Shown in pieces: positions 33,063-43,951 of a DNA stretch of 64,000 nt; position 1 is the first letter of the stretch; each line of letters opens with the position of its first letter. Origin of the DNA: Chloropicon primus (lineage: Eukaryota); contig CP060765.1 of the NCBI GenBank assembly GCA_023205875.1, forward strand, positions 248,001 to 312,000, in the 5' to 3' direction. The notes beneath the pieces are model-generated. The model saw only the letters and a program-made list of their open reading frames with translations, searched no databases and was not told the origin of the DNA. The translations under genes and the position numbers were made by a program.

Positions 33063-33311
33063 GAACGAGGGATCCAAAGATCCCAGCTTTGTGGCGGTGC
33101 GCTCCCTCCCCTTCCTTCCCTTGGAGCTTCTTTGCAAGCAAGTGGTTCTCTGACCTTGGTCTCAAGAGCTCAAAAACTGAGAGATTGAAAAAATCAATTC
33201 CCTCAAAAGAGGAGAGAGGTCTCGAGGCCCTCGACGCTAGAGCAAGCTTTCGAGGAGGAGGAGGGACGAAGGGCGAGGCTGGAGCGAGGGATCGAGGGTA
33301 CTAGACGAAAG

Positions 33312-33385
33312 TACGTCTCACGGTCTTTCCGTCGACGGGTCGCTTGCCCGTTTTGCGTTCCAGGGGACCGGTGAAGGGATTGAGA
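33312..33385 (+). promoter_or_regulatory. Oriented upstream element copy (core 33324-33335), 5' of thioredoxin gene
   Basis: cgtctcacggtctttccgtcgacgggtcgcttgcccg...ggtgaagggattgag. Confidence 0.55.
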
Positions 33386-33420
33386 AGGTCGGGGACGAGG
33401 GAGAGCGAGAGGGGGAAGGG

Positions 33421-34152
33421 ATGAGGTCTTCGAGGTTGACGGGAGGTCTTCGGCGGGACGCGGAGCTCTTCGTCCTCCTGTTGGCGTTGTTCCTGTGCTG
33501 CGCGAGTCACATGCCGCTTTGCGAAGGCGCTGCGGAAGGGAAGCTGACGAAGAACGCGGGAGAAGTGGTCGAAATCACGGACAGCAACTACGATAATCTC
33601 ATCCATGATGGTCCTTGGATGGTTGTCGTGAGTGCGTCCTGGTGCCCCCATTGTAAGCAGCTCGAGCCGACGTGGGTCAAGCTCGCGGAAAAGCTGCGTG
33701 GCAAGGTCAGAGTCGGCAAAATAGACGGGCCAGAGAACAAAATATTGTCGAAGCGGCTGCACGTTGTGGGTTATCCCACGATCTTCCACGTCGACCGGAA
33801 GGGGTTGATAAGGGATTATGGGGACCAGGCCAGGGATCTTGAGAAGCTCTACCAGTTCGCTGTCTCTGGGTACAAGCAGTACGAGCCTTTGCCCTGGTAT
33901 CACACACCGCACTCTCTTTTTGGCCAGATATGCAAACAGATTTTGGAGCTGCCTCGGGACTTGCAAGAGATGTATTCCTTCCTTCACATCGACCTCGGCT
34001 TGAGCGACGTCTTCATCATCTTCTCTGGCATTGTCCTGCCTTTGATCGGTGGGGTCTTCGTCATAGGAGCGATGGACTTGTTCTTCGTGAGGTTTCACTG
34101 CAGGTCTCTCGGCACCCTGGTTCCCGCTCAACCAAACAACAGGGTACAGTGA
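33421..34152 (+). CDS. Membrane-anchored thioredoxin/PDI-like protein (TMX-like)
   Basis: Signal peptide, WCPHC active site, VGKIDG and GYPTIF motifs, C-terminal TM helix. Confidence 0.88.
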   Translation: MRSSRLTGGLRRDAELFVLLLALFLCCASHMPLCEGAAEGKLTKNAGEVVEITDSNYDNLIHDGPWMVVVSASWCPHCKQLEPTWVKLAEKLRGKVRVGKIDGPENKILSKRLHVVGYPTIFHVDRKGLIRDYGDQARDLEKLYQFAVSGYKQYEPLPWYHTPHSLFGQICKQILELPRDLQEMYSFLHIDLGLSDVFIIFSGIVLPLIGGVFVIGAMDLFFVRFHCRSLGTLVPAQPNNRVQ

Positions 34153-34317
34153 GAGAGAGAGAGAGAGAAAAACCTTGCTGGCTCAGCGGCCCAGGCGGAC
34201 GTTGAGAGAAAAGGGGAACGCTCGAGCGTTTGCCTGCTGTGATTTTAATACCCCGATGTAATATAAGTGAAATAGCATAAACAATAACATAATACAACGG
34301 ACGCCTGTCTCGCAGCT

Positions 34318-35204
34318 TCATCCAGTCTCCCCAACCCCTCCGAAGGCTCTGTTATCGAACTCGACCCCAGCAGCCGTAAGGTGGTCGCACAGGGCAAAGG
34401 TGCCGATCTCCCACTTGTCGCTCCCATGCGCTTTGAAGATTGTGCTCAGGCTCGTGTTTGGGATCTTCCCAGGGAACTTGATCCCAGTAATGAGTCTGTG
34501 AATCGAGTTGAGTATCCCCCCGTGCGTTACCACGACGACTTTCCTTCCTCCGAAGTCTTTCTCGATATCATCGAGCGCACTTTGCAGCCTGCTTTGAACG
34601 GAAAGCTGAAGAAGGAAGGCGCGAAGGGGCGACGAGAACGGTCAGACGATGGTGACGACGAGGTTGACGACGGCGACAACATCACCCTGCCTCGCGAGGC
34701 AGGGAAAGAGAAACTCACCTTATCCTCCGATCCCGGGACGACTCTCCCTTTCCTCCACTTGTCAAAGGCATCGGGGACCTTCTTCCTCGCTTCCTGTAAC
34801 GTCAGACCTTCCATAACACCGAGGCACTTCTCTCTGAACTCTTTCTTAAGCTGAAGCTTCACTCCCAACCGCTTTGCTATCTCCTCCGCGGTTGCCGAAG
34901 CCCTCACCAAGTCAGAAGAATAAATCACCTAGAACAATCGTAAACGTGTCAGGATCGAAGAAGCTCTCTTGATCACACCCCTGCCTCCCTGCCTTGTCCG
35001 CCTCACCTCGACTCTCCCACTCCCACTCCCACTCTGCTGCACACTCTGCTGCACCTTGGCCAGGTGCAAAGCAACGTTCTCCGCCTGTTCCCGTCCCCTG
35101 CCGTTCAAAGGGGGATCATTCTGCCCTTGAAGCCGCCCCTCCGCATTCCAATCTGTCTCCCCATGCCTCACCAACACAACCTCTGTCCCCATCCCTCCCA
35201 TCAT
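34318..35204 (-). CDS. Histidine phosphatase / phosphoglycerate mutase family; introns 34929-35006 and 34606-34718
   Basis: LVRHGETDWN..GRLQGQ.D.PLN, YSSDL.RA..TA and VVVTHGG motifs assembled in frame through two GT-AG introns. Confidence 0.88.
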
Positions 35205-35529
35205 TCCCAACCTCCACTGGATGCTTCCAGCTTCGTTTTCCACGCCTTCGATTCTCGTTCCAGTGGAAGACAAACCAAGCCAAGCATCAATCGAAACGTC
35301 GTGAGGCGGAGAGCCTTCGATCGCCGACGCCTTTCACCGCGTCCCTTGCGCCGTCCTCCTCGTCCTCCTCGTCGTCGTCCTCGTCGTCCTCGTCGTCGTC
35401 GTCGTCGTCGTCGTCGTTTACTTTTGTGAAACCAACCGGAGGCGAAGAGAGGTGAGCCGGAGTTCTCTTTTTTTTTCTCGACGGTACGAGAAAGGTCGCT
35501 GCTGAGACGGAAGGAGAGGAAAGAGGTTC

Positions 35530-35575
35530 GATTCCTCGTCTCCCCATCTTTCCAAAGACACCTCGCTTGACGGGA
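35530..35575 (+). promoter_or_regulatory. Oriented upstream element copy (core 35547-35558), 5' of carboxypeptidase gene
   Basis: cctcgtctccccatctttccaaagacacctcgcttgacggg. Confidence 0.6.
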
Positions 35576-35601
35576 TGAGCGACTAAAGGACGATGTTTCT
35601 T

Positions 35602-35633
<32 letters not shown>

Positions 35634-35852
35634 ATGAAGTGCATTGCATTGCGTTTGAAGACGATTGAGGAAGGAGAGGTCGGCACGACGACGACGACGA
35701 CAACGACGACGACGACGAGGGCAGCGTTCTGCATCACTCGGCGGTCGCTTACGCTTACGCGCGTGGCTTCTGCAAGACTCAGGAGGAGGTATCCAGGAAG
35801 AGGTTTAGGAGGTGCCAAGGTTGAACTGTTGGACAGGAGGTTTGTGGGTTCG

Positions 35853-37201
35853 ATGGCGAGTACAGGCTTGGGATTCTCATCTTGCTTCGATTCGGGAAAC
35901 GGGACGCTTCAGAATGTGGAAGAAGCGGACGGCAAGACGGTTATGAAGGTTCTTATCAAGGACGACCCCTACACTGAGGTGGACGGCCGTGCACATAAAA
36001 TGGTGAGTTGGAGGGGCTCTGGGATCAATGGGGTAGTGCCCTTGCCCCTGTCATGCGTCCGTTTGTTCGCTCACTCGCTCAATTCTTCTCCATTTTGCCT
36101 CCGCAGTGGTTCCACTTCAAGGTATCGAACTTGCAAACGTTGAAGGGAAAGCCCCTGACGGTGGTATTGACCAACGCTGGGGACTGCTCGTACCCAGGGG
36201 GCTGGGGAGGAGAGGCCTTGAAGGGGACACCCGAGGGAGCGGCGCCTTACAGGGCTTGCTTCTCCGTGGATCGCACCAACTGGTTGCGCTTGGACGACAC
36301 GAAGTACGTGGACGGCGCGCTTCACATGACGTTAGACGCGAAGGCTCAGACTGCTCTTGGGAGTCAGAATTCTGTTTACTTCGCTTACTTTGCGCCTTAC
36401 TCCCAGGAGCTCCATATGGAGACGATGGCAGGCCTCGTCGCTCAGTCGCCGAAGACGGAAATCAAAACTATTGGGCAAACGCTTGATGGTGCGGACATGG
36501 AAGTGGTCGTGGTGAAGAACCCAGAAGGTGTCGTGGAGAACCCAAAATCGTTGTGGTTCATCGCCAGGCAGCACCCAGGAGAGTCCATGGCGTCGTGGTG
36601 GATGGAGGGCTTCCTTCGCAGGCTTTTGGACCCCGCGGATCCGGTCGCAAACGCCCTTCTTTCCAAGGCCGTGGTTTACGTTGTGCCAATGATGAATCCA
36701 GACGGAGCGAAGAGAGGGTACTTGAGGACGAATGCAGCTGGAGCCAACCTCAACAGGGAGTGGGCAAACCCAAAGGAGGACTACTCTCCCGAGGTTTTCT
36801 GGGTGCTGAAAGAGATGCACAAAACTGGTCTTGACCTCGCTTTGGATGTTCACGGGGACGAGGCCCTGCCATTCAACTTCATCTCGGGTGGCGAAGGATG
36901 CCCCCGCTGGTCAGACCGACTAGCGTCCTTGCAGAAGGAGTTCTGCGAAGCGTACCAGGACGCAAACCCTGACTTCCAGTTGGTTCACGGGTACCCGATC
37001 GACGAGAAGGGGACGGCTAACCTCGCCATTTGCTCAAATGCTCTCTTGGAGGCCTTTGATGCCCCAGTGATGACCTTGGAGATGCCCTTCAAGGACAATG
37101 CGAATGCCCCTGACAAAGCCATGGGTTGGAGCACGGACCGCTGCAAGAAGCTTGGCGAGTCCTCTCTTGATGCCACCCTGAAGGTCGTCGAAAAGCTTTG
37201 A
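35853..37201 (+). CDS. M14 cytosolic carboxypeptidase-like (Nna1/CCP subfamily) zinc peptidase; intron 36003-36106
   Basis: FDSGN, WFHF, YFAYFAPY, ARQHPGE, MNPDG, NLNREW, DVHGDE and TLEMPFKD motifs. Confidence 0.9.
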
Positions 37202-37273
37202 TGACGTCGTTGCCCCCTAAAAGAAGTATATGAATAAAGAATAGTTCGTTCGCTTACTGAAGCCCTGCTACTA

Positions 37274-40200
37274 CTACTTGCTCAAGTTCTCGATCTGAGA
37301 CACAAGGAATTTATTTTCTTCCACGACCTCTTCGTATTCCTTCAGCAACATCTGGTTCTCCTCCTCGCTCGCCACGCATTTGTCCAGGGCAGCCTTCAGC
37401 TCACCTTCCAACTTCTTTCGGATCTCCTTCTCCGTTTGGAGCTTGTTCTCGAGCTGCATGAATGAAGTGTTGCTGCCGCTCGTGGTGTTCGCCTCGTCGT
37501 ATTGCATGGCGAGTTTCAAGGAATCAAGCCTCTCCTCGAGCTCCGCCCTCTTGACCTGGTCCACCTCCATCTCCAGCTGCTGCCTCAGCCTAGCAAAGTC
37601 CGAAATCAAAGCTGCTGTCTGGCCCCGGCCTTCGAGCTGGAGCTGCTGGGAAACGACCTGGATGACCCCTTCCGCCCTCTTCTTCTCGTATTCGACGCGA
37701 GACTCCATGTCGTACAGCTTGCTGATAGCTGTGGCAGTGCGCTCTTCTGCAGCCTGCTTTTGGGAGTTGGCATTCCTCAGCTGCTCCTTCATCTCCTCGA
37801 GCTCGGTCTGACTCTGCTCCGCGATGGCTTCGAATTCTTTGAGCTTGCCCTCGGCTTCCTTGGACTTTATCTCAGCCTCTTCCGCTTCCTTCTTCACAGT
37901 AGTCATCGTCGCCTCGTAGGATTCGAGCTCATGGTGCTCCATCTCCACCCTCTGTTCCAGCTCCTTCATGCTCGTCGTCGCCTGCAGGACTTGGTCGTGG
38001 AGCTCTTGATTCTCAAGCTCCAGGTTCTCCGCGAGTTCCTTCTTCTCCTTCTCGTGGGTCTGCTTCAGCTCCACGATCAAGGAAGATGCCTCCTCGCACG
38101 AGGCCTCCGCTTCAGACAATTTCACTGAAGTCTCCTCAAGCTCTTTGCTCAACTCATCCTTCTGAACGGTGGCCTTCTCCATCTCTTCCTTGGCCTCCTC
38201 CAGCTCTTTGGTGACCTTTTCCACTTGTTCCTCAGAAGCAGCCTTTGCGGATTCAAGCTCTTCATCCCTGGTCTCGACGGTGCTCTTCAACTCCTTGATG
38301 GTCGCCTTCATGTCGGCAGATTTCTCCTCCTCTTCCTTGAGAAAAGATTCCGCCTCCTCGAGGGACGACTTGCATGTCTTGAGCTCCTTCTCGGCACTGT
38401 CCTTGGCCTTCTTGGCGCCTTCTACCTCCTCCTGAACCGCAACCATCTCCTTCTCTTTCTCAACAAGTCTTTCGGTAAGCTCGTCAACCTCTTGGAGCAG
38501 GAGAGATGCCTCTTCCATTGTATTCTGGAGTTTCTCCTCCTTCTCCTTCAAAGCTTTTTTGCTCTCGGCCTCCTTTTCGTTGAAACTTTCCTGCGCCTCG
38601 GCGAGCTCCTTCGAGGCCGATTCCGCCTTTGCTTCAGATTCCTTTGCAGCAGACTCGACCGTCTCCCTCTCTTTCTTTTCCTCCTCGAGCTCCTGTGACA
38701 CGCGGTCCTTCTCGGCCTCGATTTCAGAGAGTTTGGAGGAAAGCTCCTTCACGCTCTCCTGGGCAGAGCTAATCACCTTTTCGCTCATTTCCACGCTCCT
38801 TTTCATCTCGCTGTCTATCTCGTCCACGAGGGTCTTCAGGGCCTCGTCCAACCCCCTCTCCCCCAAGATGGTGTCGAACTCGTTCGTCTTCTTGTCAGCC
38901 TCCACAAAGACCCTGGCGGCTTTGATGCTGATCTCGTTCAGCTTTTGCTGGAAGGCGTCCAGCAATTGGTTGGACTCGAGCTGCAACCCCCCGATGTCTT
39001 TCTTGAACTTCGCCCGCGTGGCCTTCCTCTCTGTGGCGGCCTCCTCCTTAATCTTCCTTGCCTCTGCGAGGTCCTCGGCCACGGCAAGGCTATCCTGCTT
39101 GTGCTTCTCCGCCATCTCGGCCATCTCTTGCTTCTGGCCTTCTATGACTTGTTCCCTCTCCTTCAGCTCCTGACCGAGCTCCTTGAGGTTCTTGCTGTCG
39201 CTCTTGTAGTGCCTGTTCAGGTTCTCCACGCAAGAAGACAGCTTCCGGATCTTTTCCTCCGCGGTCACCAGCTTGGACAAGACGGAGCTGCTCACCCTCT
39301 CGTCGATGCGGTCCTGAGCGACATCCATGGCTTTCCTTATGTTGCTATCGAGGGTAGAGATCTCCTCAAAGGTCTTCACCTTCCAGCCTATCAAGTCTTG
39401 CTCCTGGTTGTTGGTCAGGGACTTGAACTGGTCGTTCTCCAGCCGGATGACTCTCAGCTTCTCCCTCATGTCCTCGAGCTCCTCCACGGCTGCCTTCTGC
39501 TGGATCTCGGCCTTCTCCTTGCCAATCTTCAGCTGGTGGTTCTCGTTGACAAGGTCAGAGAGCTTCTTCTCCGTGGCGTTCACGTTGTCGCTCGTCTGAA
39601 ACTTGTTGTACTTCAAGAACTGGTTGTAGGCTGCGTGCGTGTCCTTCACCGTTTGGTCTATGGGGTGGCCCGGCCCCTTCTTCGACGCGAATTGGGCCTG
39701 GTGCACGTAGGACGCCCTGCCGAGGTCCGTCGAGTGCGTCTTCCTGGCCCCGAGCTTCTCGCTGCTGCTGAAAGCTTTGAAGGTCAGGTAATCCATGTGA
39801 GCCCCCACCGTCGGGTCGAGCTTGTTGGGATCCACGAGCACCGTCCTCGCTTCGGACATGTGCAAGTCCCCGTCGTGCTCGACCGTGTTGGGAACATGAA
39901 AGCTAGCCTCCGTCCTCGTCGACTTGTGCAAGTCGTGGGCGATGTCCACGTTCTTCAGCACCTGAGCCCGAAGTGCGGCCCTCTTGTCCGCGTCCTCGTA
40001 CGACGAGAATTTGGATGCGGAGGACGAGGACGGCGGGGGGACCTTGTTCTCGCCCTCCTCGCCGTCTTCCGCGGCGGGGGCATGACCACCCCCCTTCTCC
40101 ACCTTCCTGGCGCTTCCCCTCACTCCAGGAACGCTCGCACCGTGGACCACCTGGTCTCTCCTGTCCAGGTAAGCGATGCGCTCCTCGAGCTTGCTGAGGA

Positions 40201-40813
40201 GGTCCTGTGCGTTCGCGCTCTGAACCTCCGCGGACGCCAAACGGTTCTCCGACATGGACTCCCTCGCCCGTACCCACTTGTCGTAGTTGGACGACCGAAT
40301 CATCACCTCGTGCTTGGACCTCTCCGTCTCGCTCAGCTTCTGCTTCGTCTGCCGCAGCTCCTCCTCTAGGCCCCTCATCGTTTGGTTCATCGTCACCAGC
40401 TCCTGCGCCGCGATAGCGCTCTTGCGGCTCTCCTCCGCCAAACAATGCGTGGACTCGGTCAGCTCGTCCCTCGTCACCTCTATCTGCTTCTTCATGTCCG
40501 CGATCACCATCGTGCTCGACGGCTCTGCCTGCATCCTCTTGGTCTTCTCCCTCTCCTCCTTCTCCAGCTTGATCTTCATGCCCAGCAGCTTTCGCACCAG
40601 TTCCGTCTTGGACACCTCAAGCACCCGAGTGCTCTTGGCATGGCTGTCCGCCAGCCTCTCCGCGTGCTTCCTCGCCGCCCTCTCGTGAGACAGGAGCCGG
40701 GCGTACTCCTCATCCTCGCTGTACGGAACCCTCGCCTTGCTCGAGGACGGCACCGTGCTCCTCGCCTCGAACGTAGCCCTCGTCACGTCCTTGAGCGGCG
40801 TGAACGTCTCCAT
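37274..40813 (-). CDS. Large coiled-coil protein of unknown function
   Basis: 1179-aa uninterrupted ORF, E/K-rich heptads, typical codon bias. Confidence 0.8.
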   Translation of the reverse strand: METFTPLKDVTRATFEARSTVPSSSKARVPYSEDEEYARLLSHERAARKHAERLADSHAKSTRVLEVSKTELVRKLLGMKIKLEKEEREKTKRMQAEPSSTMVIADMKKQIEVTRDELTESTHCLAEESRKSAIAAQELVTMNQTMRGLEEELRQTKQKLSETERSKHEVMIRSSNYDKWVRARESMSENRLASAEVQSANAQDLLSKLEERIAYLDRRDQVVHGASVPGVRGSARKVEKGGGHAPAAEDGEEGENKVPPPSSSSASKFSSYEDADKRAALRAQVLKNVDIAHDLHKSTRTEASFHVPNTVEHDGDLHMSEARTVLVDPNKLDPTVGAHMDYLTFKAFSSSEKLGARKTHSTDLGRASYVHQAQFASKKGPGHPIDQTVKDTHAAYNQFLKYNKFQTSDNVNATEKKLSDLVNENHQLKIGKEKAEIQQKAAVEELEDMREKLRVIRLENDQFKSLTNNQEQDLIGWKVKTFEEISTLDSNIRKAMDVAQDRIDERVSSSVLSKLVTAEEKIRKLSSCVENLNRHYKSDSKNLKELGQELKEREQVIEGQKQEMAEMAEKHKQDSLAVAEDLAEARKIKEEAATERKATRAKFKKDIGGLQLESNQLLDAFQQKLNEISIKAARVFVEADKKTNEFDTILGERGLDEALKTLVDEIDSEMKRSVEMSEKVISSAQESVKELSSKLSEIEAEKDRVSQELEEEKKERETVESAAKESEAKAESASKELAEAQESFNEKEAESKKALKEKEEKLQNTMEEASLLLQEVDELTERLVEKEKEMVAVQEEVEGAKKAKDSAEKELKTCKSSLEEAESFLKEEEEKSADMKATIKELKSTVETRDEELESAKAASEEQVEKVTKELEEAKEEMEKATVQKDELSKELEETSVKLSEAEASCEEASSLIVELKQTHEKEKKELAENLELENQELHDQVLQATTSMKELEQRVEMEHHELESYEATMTTVKKEAEEAEIKSKEAEGKLKEFEAIAEQSQTELEEMKEQLRNANSQKQAAEERTATAISKLYDMESRVEYEKKRAEGVIQVVSQQLQLEGRGQTAALISDFARLRQQLEMEVDQVKRAELEERLDSLKLAMQYDEANTTSGSNTSFMQLENKLQTEKEIRKKLEGELKAALDKCVASEEENQMLLKEYEEVVEENKFLVSQIENLSK

Positions 40814-41237
40814 TCTTGAGTCGTGGACTGCTGTGCTGTTAATTAATATAGATATAGATATATCTATACTATCGATATAGGAGGGGAGTCGTCAATGCTT
40901 GCTGGTCAAACGTCTCAAGCAATCACGAGCAGAGCACACAGGCTTTTGGGCCAACCTTCCGCTTCCTGCCTGAAAAAGAGGATAAAGATGCTGCTGTGCT
41001 CAATGCCAAGATGCGGTGGTGCTTCTCGAATTCCAATGTCTTTGCGAGAGAGAGAGAGAGAGAGAGAAACACAAGCTCAAGTCTAACACAGATTTGCGTT
41101 GGACGGCCAGGCACGCGCACACAGCGCACTGAGGACAGGAGACACGGTTTGGTTCGTCGTAGTACCGCTCTCTTGCTGTCCTGTCCTGTCGCCCGGCGAA
41201 CAACAAGTGTTGACAATGTTGTCCAACGACCCCCCTG

Positions 41238-41268
41238 CTAAACCTAAAAACCTAAAAACCTAAAACCT
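41238..41268 (+). repeat. Telomere-like CCTAAAA(A) tandem repeats (TTTTTAGG on minus strand), ~3.5 units
   Basis: ctaaa cctaaaaa cctaaaaa cctaaaa cct. Confidence 0.6.
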
Positions 41269-41779
41269 CTTGGGGATAATGTCTTTCAAAGCATAAACAA
41301 ACATTGTTCTATACAAGACCTTCCTAAATTCTACCACTAACATTATTCAATAACATTAATCACGTGTTATATGTAATGTCTATAATAGAAATATGTATTG
41401 ACTTGAAACAAAATGTTTATATTGATGATTGAGTGACGTTTTTCCTGGAGACTTCTTCGGGCGCGTCGCAACAACGTTTTCTACTGCTAGAGCGTGGTGC
41501 TAATATCTTAGATAGAATGCTGAATTTTGTATTCGGTTTTAAAGCTACGTCAATCAAGTAAGTTCGATCCCTACGATGGGCACGCGTTTTTCTTTTTGTT
41601 TTTGAATTTCAAAATATCTGGTCGGGTACCCTGGGTTGCAAAGAGGAGGAATTGGACAATTCTTGGGGGAGACCGGAATCATCAGCGTCATCAAGGGGCG
41701 TCGACCAAGGTAGGTGCTTTGAACGCGTAATGGTTGAGCAGAGGATCTCAAGCGCGGTAGTGGCCTACGCAGGCGGATG

Positions 41780-41825
41780 CTTCGTCTTGTGATCTTTCCA
41801 ACGACCTCTCGCTTGCCCGAGATGG
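41780..41825 (+). promoter_or_regulatory. Oriented upstream element copy (core 41793-41804), 5' of HD-like gene
   Basis: ttcgtcttgtgatctttccaacgacctctcgcttgcccgaga. Confidence 0.65.
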
Positions 41826-42194
41826 CGAACGTGGGACCAGGTTGCGACGCGGGTTTCGAGTATGCTTGCTGACCCTCCTTTGCTTTTTTTTTGTGTCCGT
41901 TCATGGGATGATTGGCAGGGCGGAGGGAAGGAGCGACCCCTAAGAGGTGCGCCGGGGAGGTCGCAACGTCGACGCGGAGGGTTTCGCCGAGGACCGCGCA
42001 CACCGTTGCGTTACGTCGCGATTGGACGACCTGGGACCCTGACACCTTTGCAACACTAGGAGACCGAGGCCAAAGCGCAGACCATCAGATCATCATCAAT
42101 AACAACAACAACAGCTTCGCACAGGCAGTCTACGTGAGCATGATCCCGTGCGCGTGAGATATACGTCCTGCGCAACGGGAGCAGCGGAGAGGAT

Positions 42195-43862
42195 ATGCTT
42201 GAAACGCCCGAGAGAACGAGCAGCAAGGAACAAAAGGAGACAACGACGACGACTATGACGACGACGACGACTCTGGGGGAGGAGGAGAGGCAGCAGCAGC
42301 AGCAGCAGCAGGACACGACGACGGTGAGCACGATGACGACGACGACGACGACGAGCACGAGGAGCACGGGGGAGGCCAGCAGCAGCAAGAGCGCCGGTGA
42401 CGCTCATTGCTGCCCGGGGGACTACCCCATTTTCTACCCCATGGCGAACAGGGGGGACTACACCTACGCCTCGGCCAAGCCCCTGTTCCTCAACGTCCTT
42501 TCCGAGGCCTTCGACGCGCCCTCGGTGAAGAAGAGGCTGAAGAAGGCCTCGGTGCCAAAGCAGGCCCTGGCGAGGTGGGCCGACTTCATGGCGTCCTGCT
42601 ACATGCAGGACTCGAGGAAGTTCCACTCCTTCGGGCACATCATGAAGCTCTGCCAGGACTCTGAGCCCCTGGTCAAGGTCGCGGTCCTGTTCCACGACGT
42701 TGCCTACTTCCAGGTGGACAACAACCCGCCCCCGAACTCCTCGAGGTTCCTCGAGGACGTCCTCACCCTGGACGAGGCGGAGAAGAGGGAGCACATCTAC
42801 CGCGTGGTGGGGAGCGGGTGCAACCACCCCGGGGTCCTCACCTGCCTGAAGATTTTCAGCATCAAGCTCGGCCAGAAGCTCGACCCGACCATAGGCCTGA
42901 ACGAGTTCGCCAGCGCCCTCATCGCGTCCAGGCTGCTGATGGAAGAGGAGGCCGTGACCCTGGACATGGTCGCCGAGATCTGCGCGGTGATCGAGGGCAC
43001 CATACCGTTCAGGACCAACCAGTGGACGGAGAGGCTGCACAGCAACTTGCTGGAGGCGAACGAGGAGTTCAAGATGGGTAGGACCGAGGAGGAGCTCGAG
43101 GACACGATCCGGTCGGTGGTCAACCTGGCGAACAGGGACGTGGGGGACTTCGGTGAGAAGGACGCCCTGCTCTTCCTCGACGGGACCTGGGACTTGCTCG
43201 TCGAGAACAACCCCAGGATCTGGAGGGAGGGCGAGAGGTGCCCCGTCCAGGTGTACAGGTCGGGCTTGCAGAAGACTCACGGCTTTTTGAGCACGGTGCA
43301 GACGAAGCTCATCTTCAGCAAGTTCAGGGACACCCCGTCCCAGGCGCATTTTGACTTGCTGTCCTCCAGCGCGGCCAAGAACGTCGAGGTGAGCCGCATC
43401 TACAGCGGCATGAAGTTCGTCCTTTGCCTCATCGCGGAGGCCCTGGAGATAGTCCACAAGAAGGCCTCTCAGGTCGACCCGGAGAACTGCAAGAAGGAAG
43501 TCGTCTCGGTGGGAGACACCAGCGACGACCTGGACAGGGCCAAGAAGAAGAGGAAGGTGGAGGACGGCGGCGGCGCCGAGGGGCTGGCAAGGAGCCCACG
43601 CAGCCTCGGCGTGTCGAGACTCCTCTCGTTCCACAGAACCATCAAGCACGGTGGAATGGACGAAGTGTTGACCATCTTGGCAAAGCACTTGATGGAAAGC
43701 TTTGGAGGCAACGTCGAAAAGATTGAATGGCTCATATCGAACTTGAAGGAGGAGGCCAACCCGCAGCCCTACAAGGGTTTTACTAGGGAGCGTGCCCTCG
43801 CTATTTTGAACAGGTGCCCACAGAATGTTGTAGAAAATGTAAAGAGAGTGTTCTCATTGTAA
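42195..43862 (+). CDS. HD-like putative metal-dependent phosphohydrolase with low-complexity T/Q N-terminus
   Basis: R.FH...H and LFHDVAYFQVD, NEF.SA, IEGTIPF, LANRDV motifs; intronless with strong GC3 bias. Confidence 0.6.
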   Translation: MLETPERTSSKEQKETTTTTMTTTTTLGEEERQQQQQQQDTTTVSTMTTTTTTSTRSTGEASSSKSAGDAHCCPGDYPIFYPMANRGDYTYASAKPLFLNVLSEAFDAPSVKKRLKKASVPKQALARWADFMASCYMQDSRKFHSFGHIMKLCQDSEPLVKVAVLFHDVAYFQVDNNPPPNSSRFLEDVLTLDEAEKREHIYRVVGSGCNHPGVLTCLKIFSIKLGQKLDPTIGLNEFASALIASRLLMEEEAVTLDMVAEICAVIEGTIPFRTNQWTERLHSNLLEANEEFKMGRTEEELEDTIRSVVNLANRDVGDFGEKDALLFLDGTWDLLVENNPRIWREGERCPVQVYRSGLQKTHGFLSTVQTKLIFSKFRDTPSQAHFDLLSSSAAKNVEVSRIYSGMKFVLCLIAEALEIVHKKASQVDPENCKKEVVSVGDTSDDLDRAKKKRKVEDGGGAEGLARSPRSLGVSRLLSFHRTIKHGGMDEVLTILAKHLMESFGGNVEKIEWLISNLKEEANPQPYKGFTRERALAILNRCPQNVVENVKRVFSL

Positions 43863-43951
43863 GCATTGGCGTAAACTATTCGCATAAATATATTGGTTGG
43901 AAGCAAACAAAGGTGTGTGGAATCAAGATCGTACTCTTTTTGTGCCAAAAC

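Noticed and set aside
35225..35275. Possible extra element copies (minus strand near 35260, 32880 and 28490)
   Set aside because: Too degenerate to call by eye; need an HMM score
41359..41450. Resemblance to a budding-yeast point centromere (RTCACRTG followed by AT-rich spacer)
   Set aside because: No CDEIII CCG core at the expected spacing and wrong lineage; kept only as a generic AT island
42096..43688. Long antisense ORFs (e.g. 42096-43688, 38945-40369, 44063-45421, 51000-52733, 22921-24177)
   Set aside because: Shadows of GC3-biased real genes on the opposite strand; no recognisable motifs
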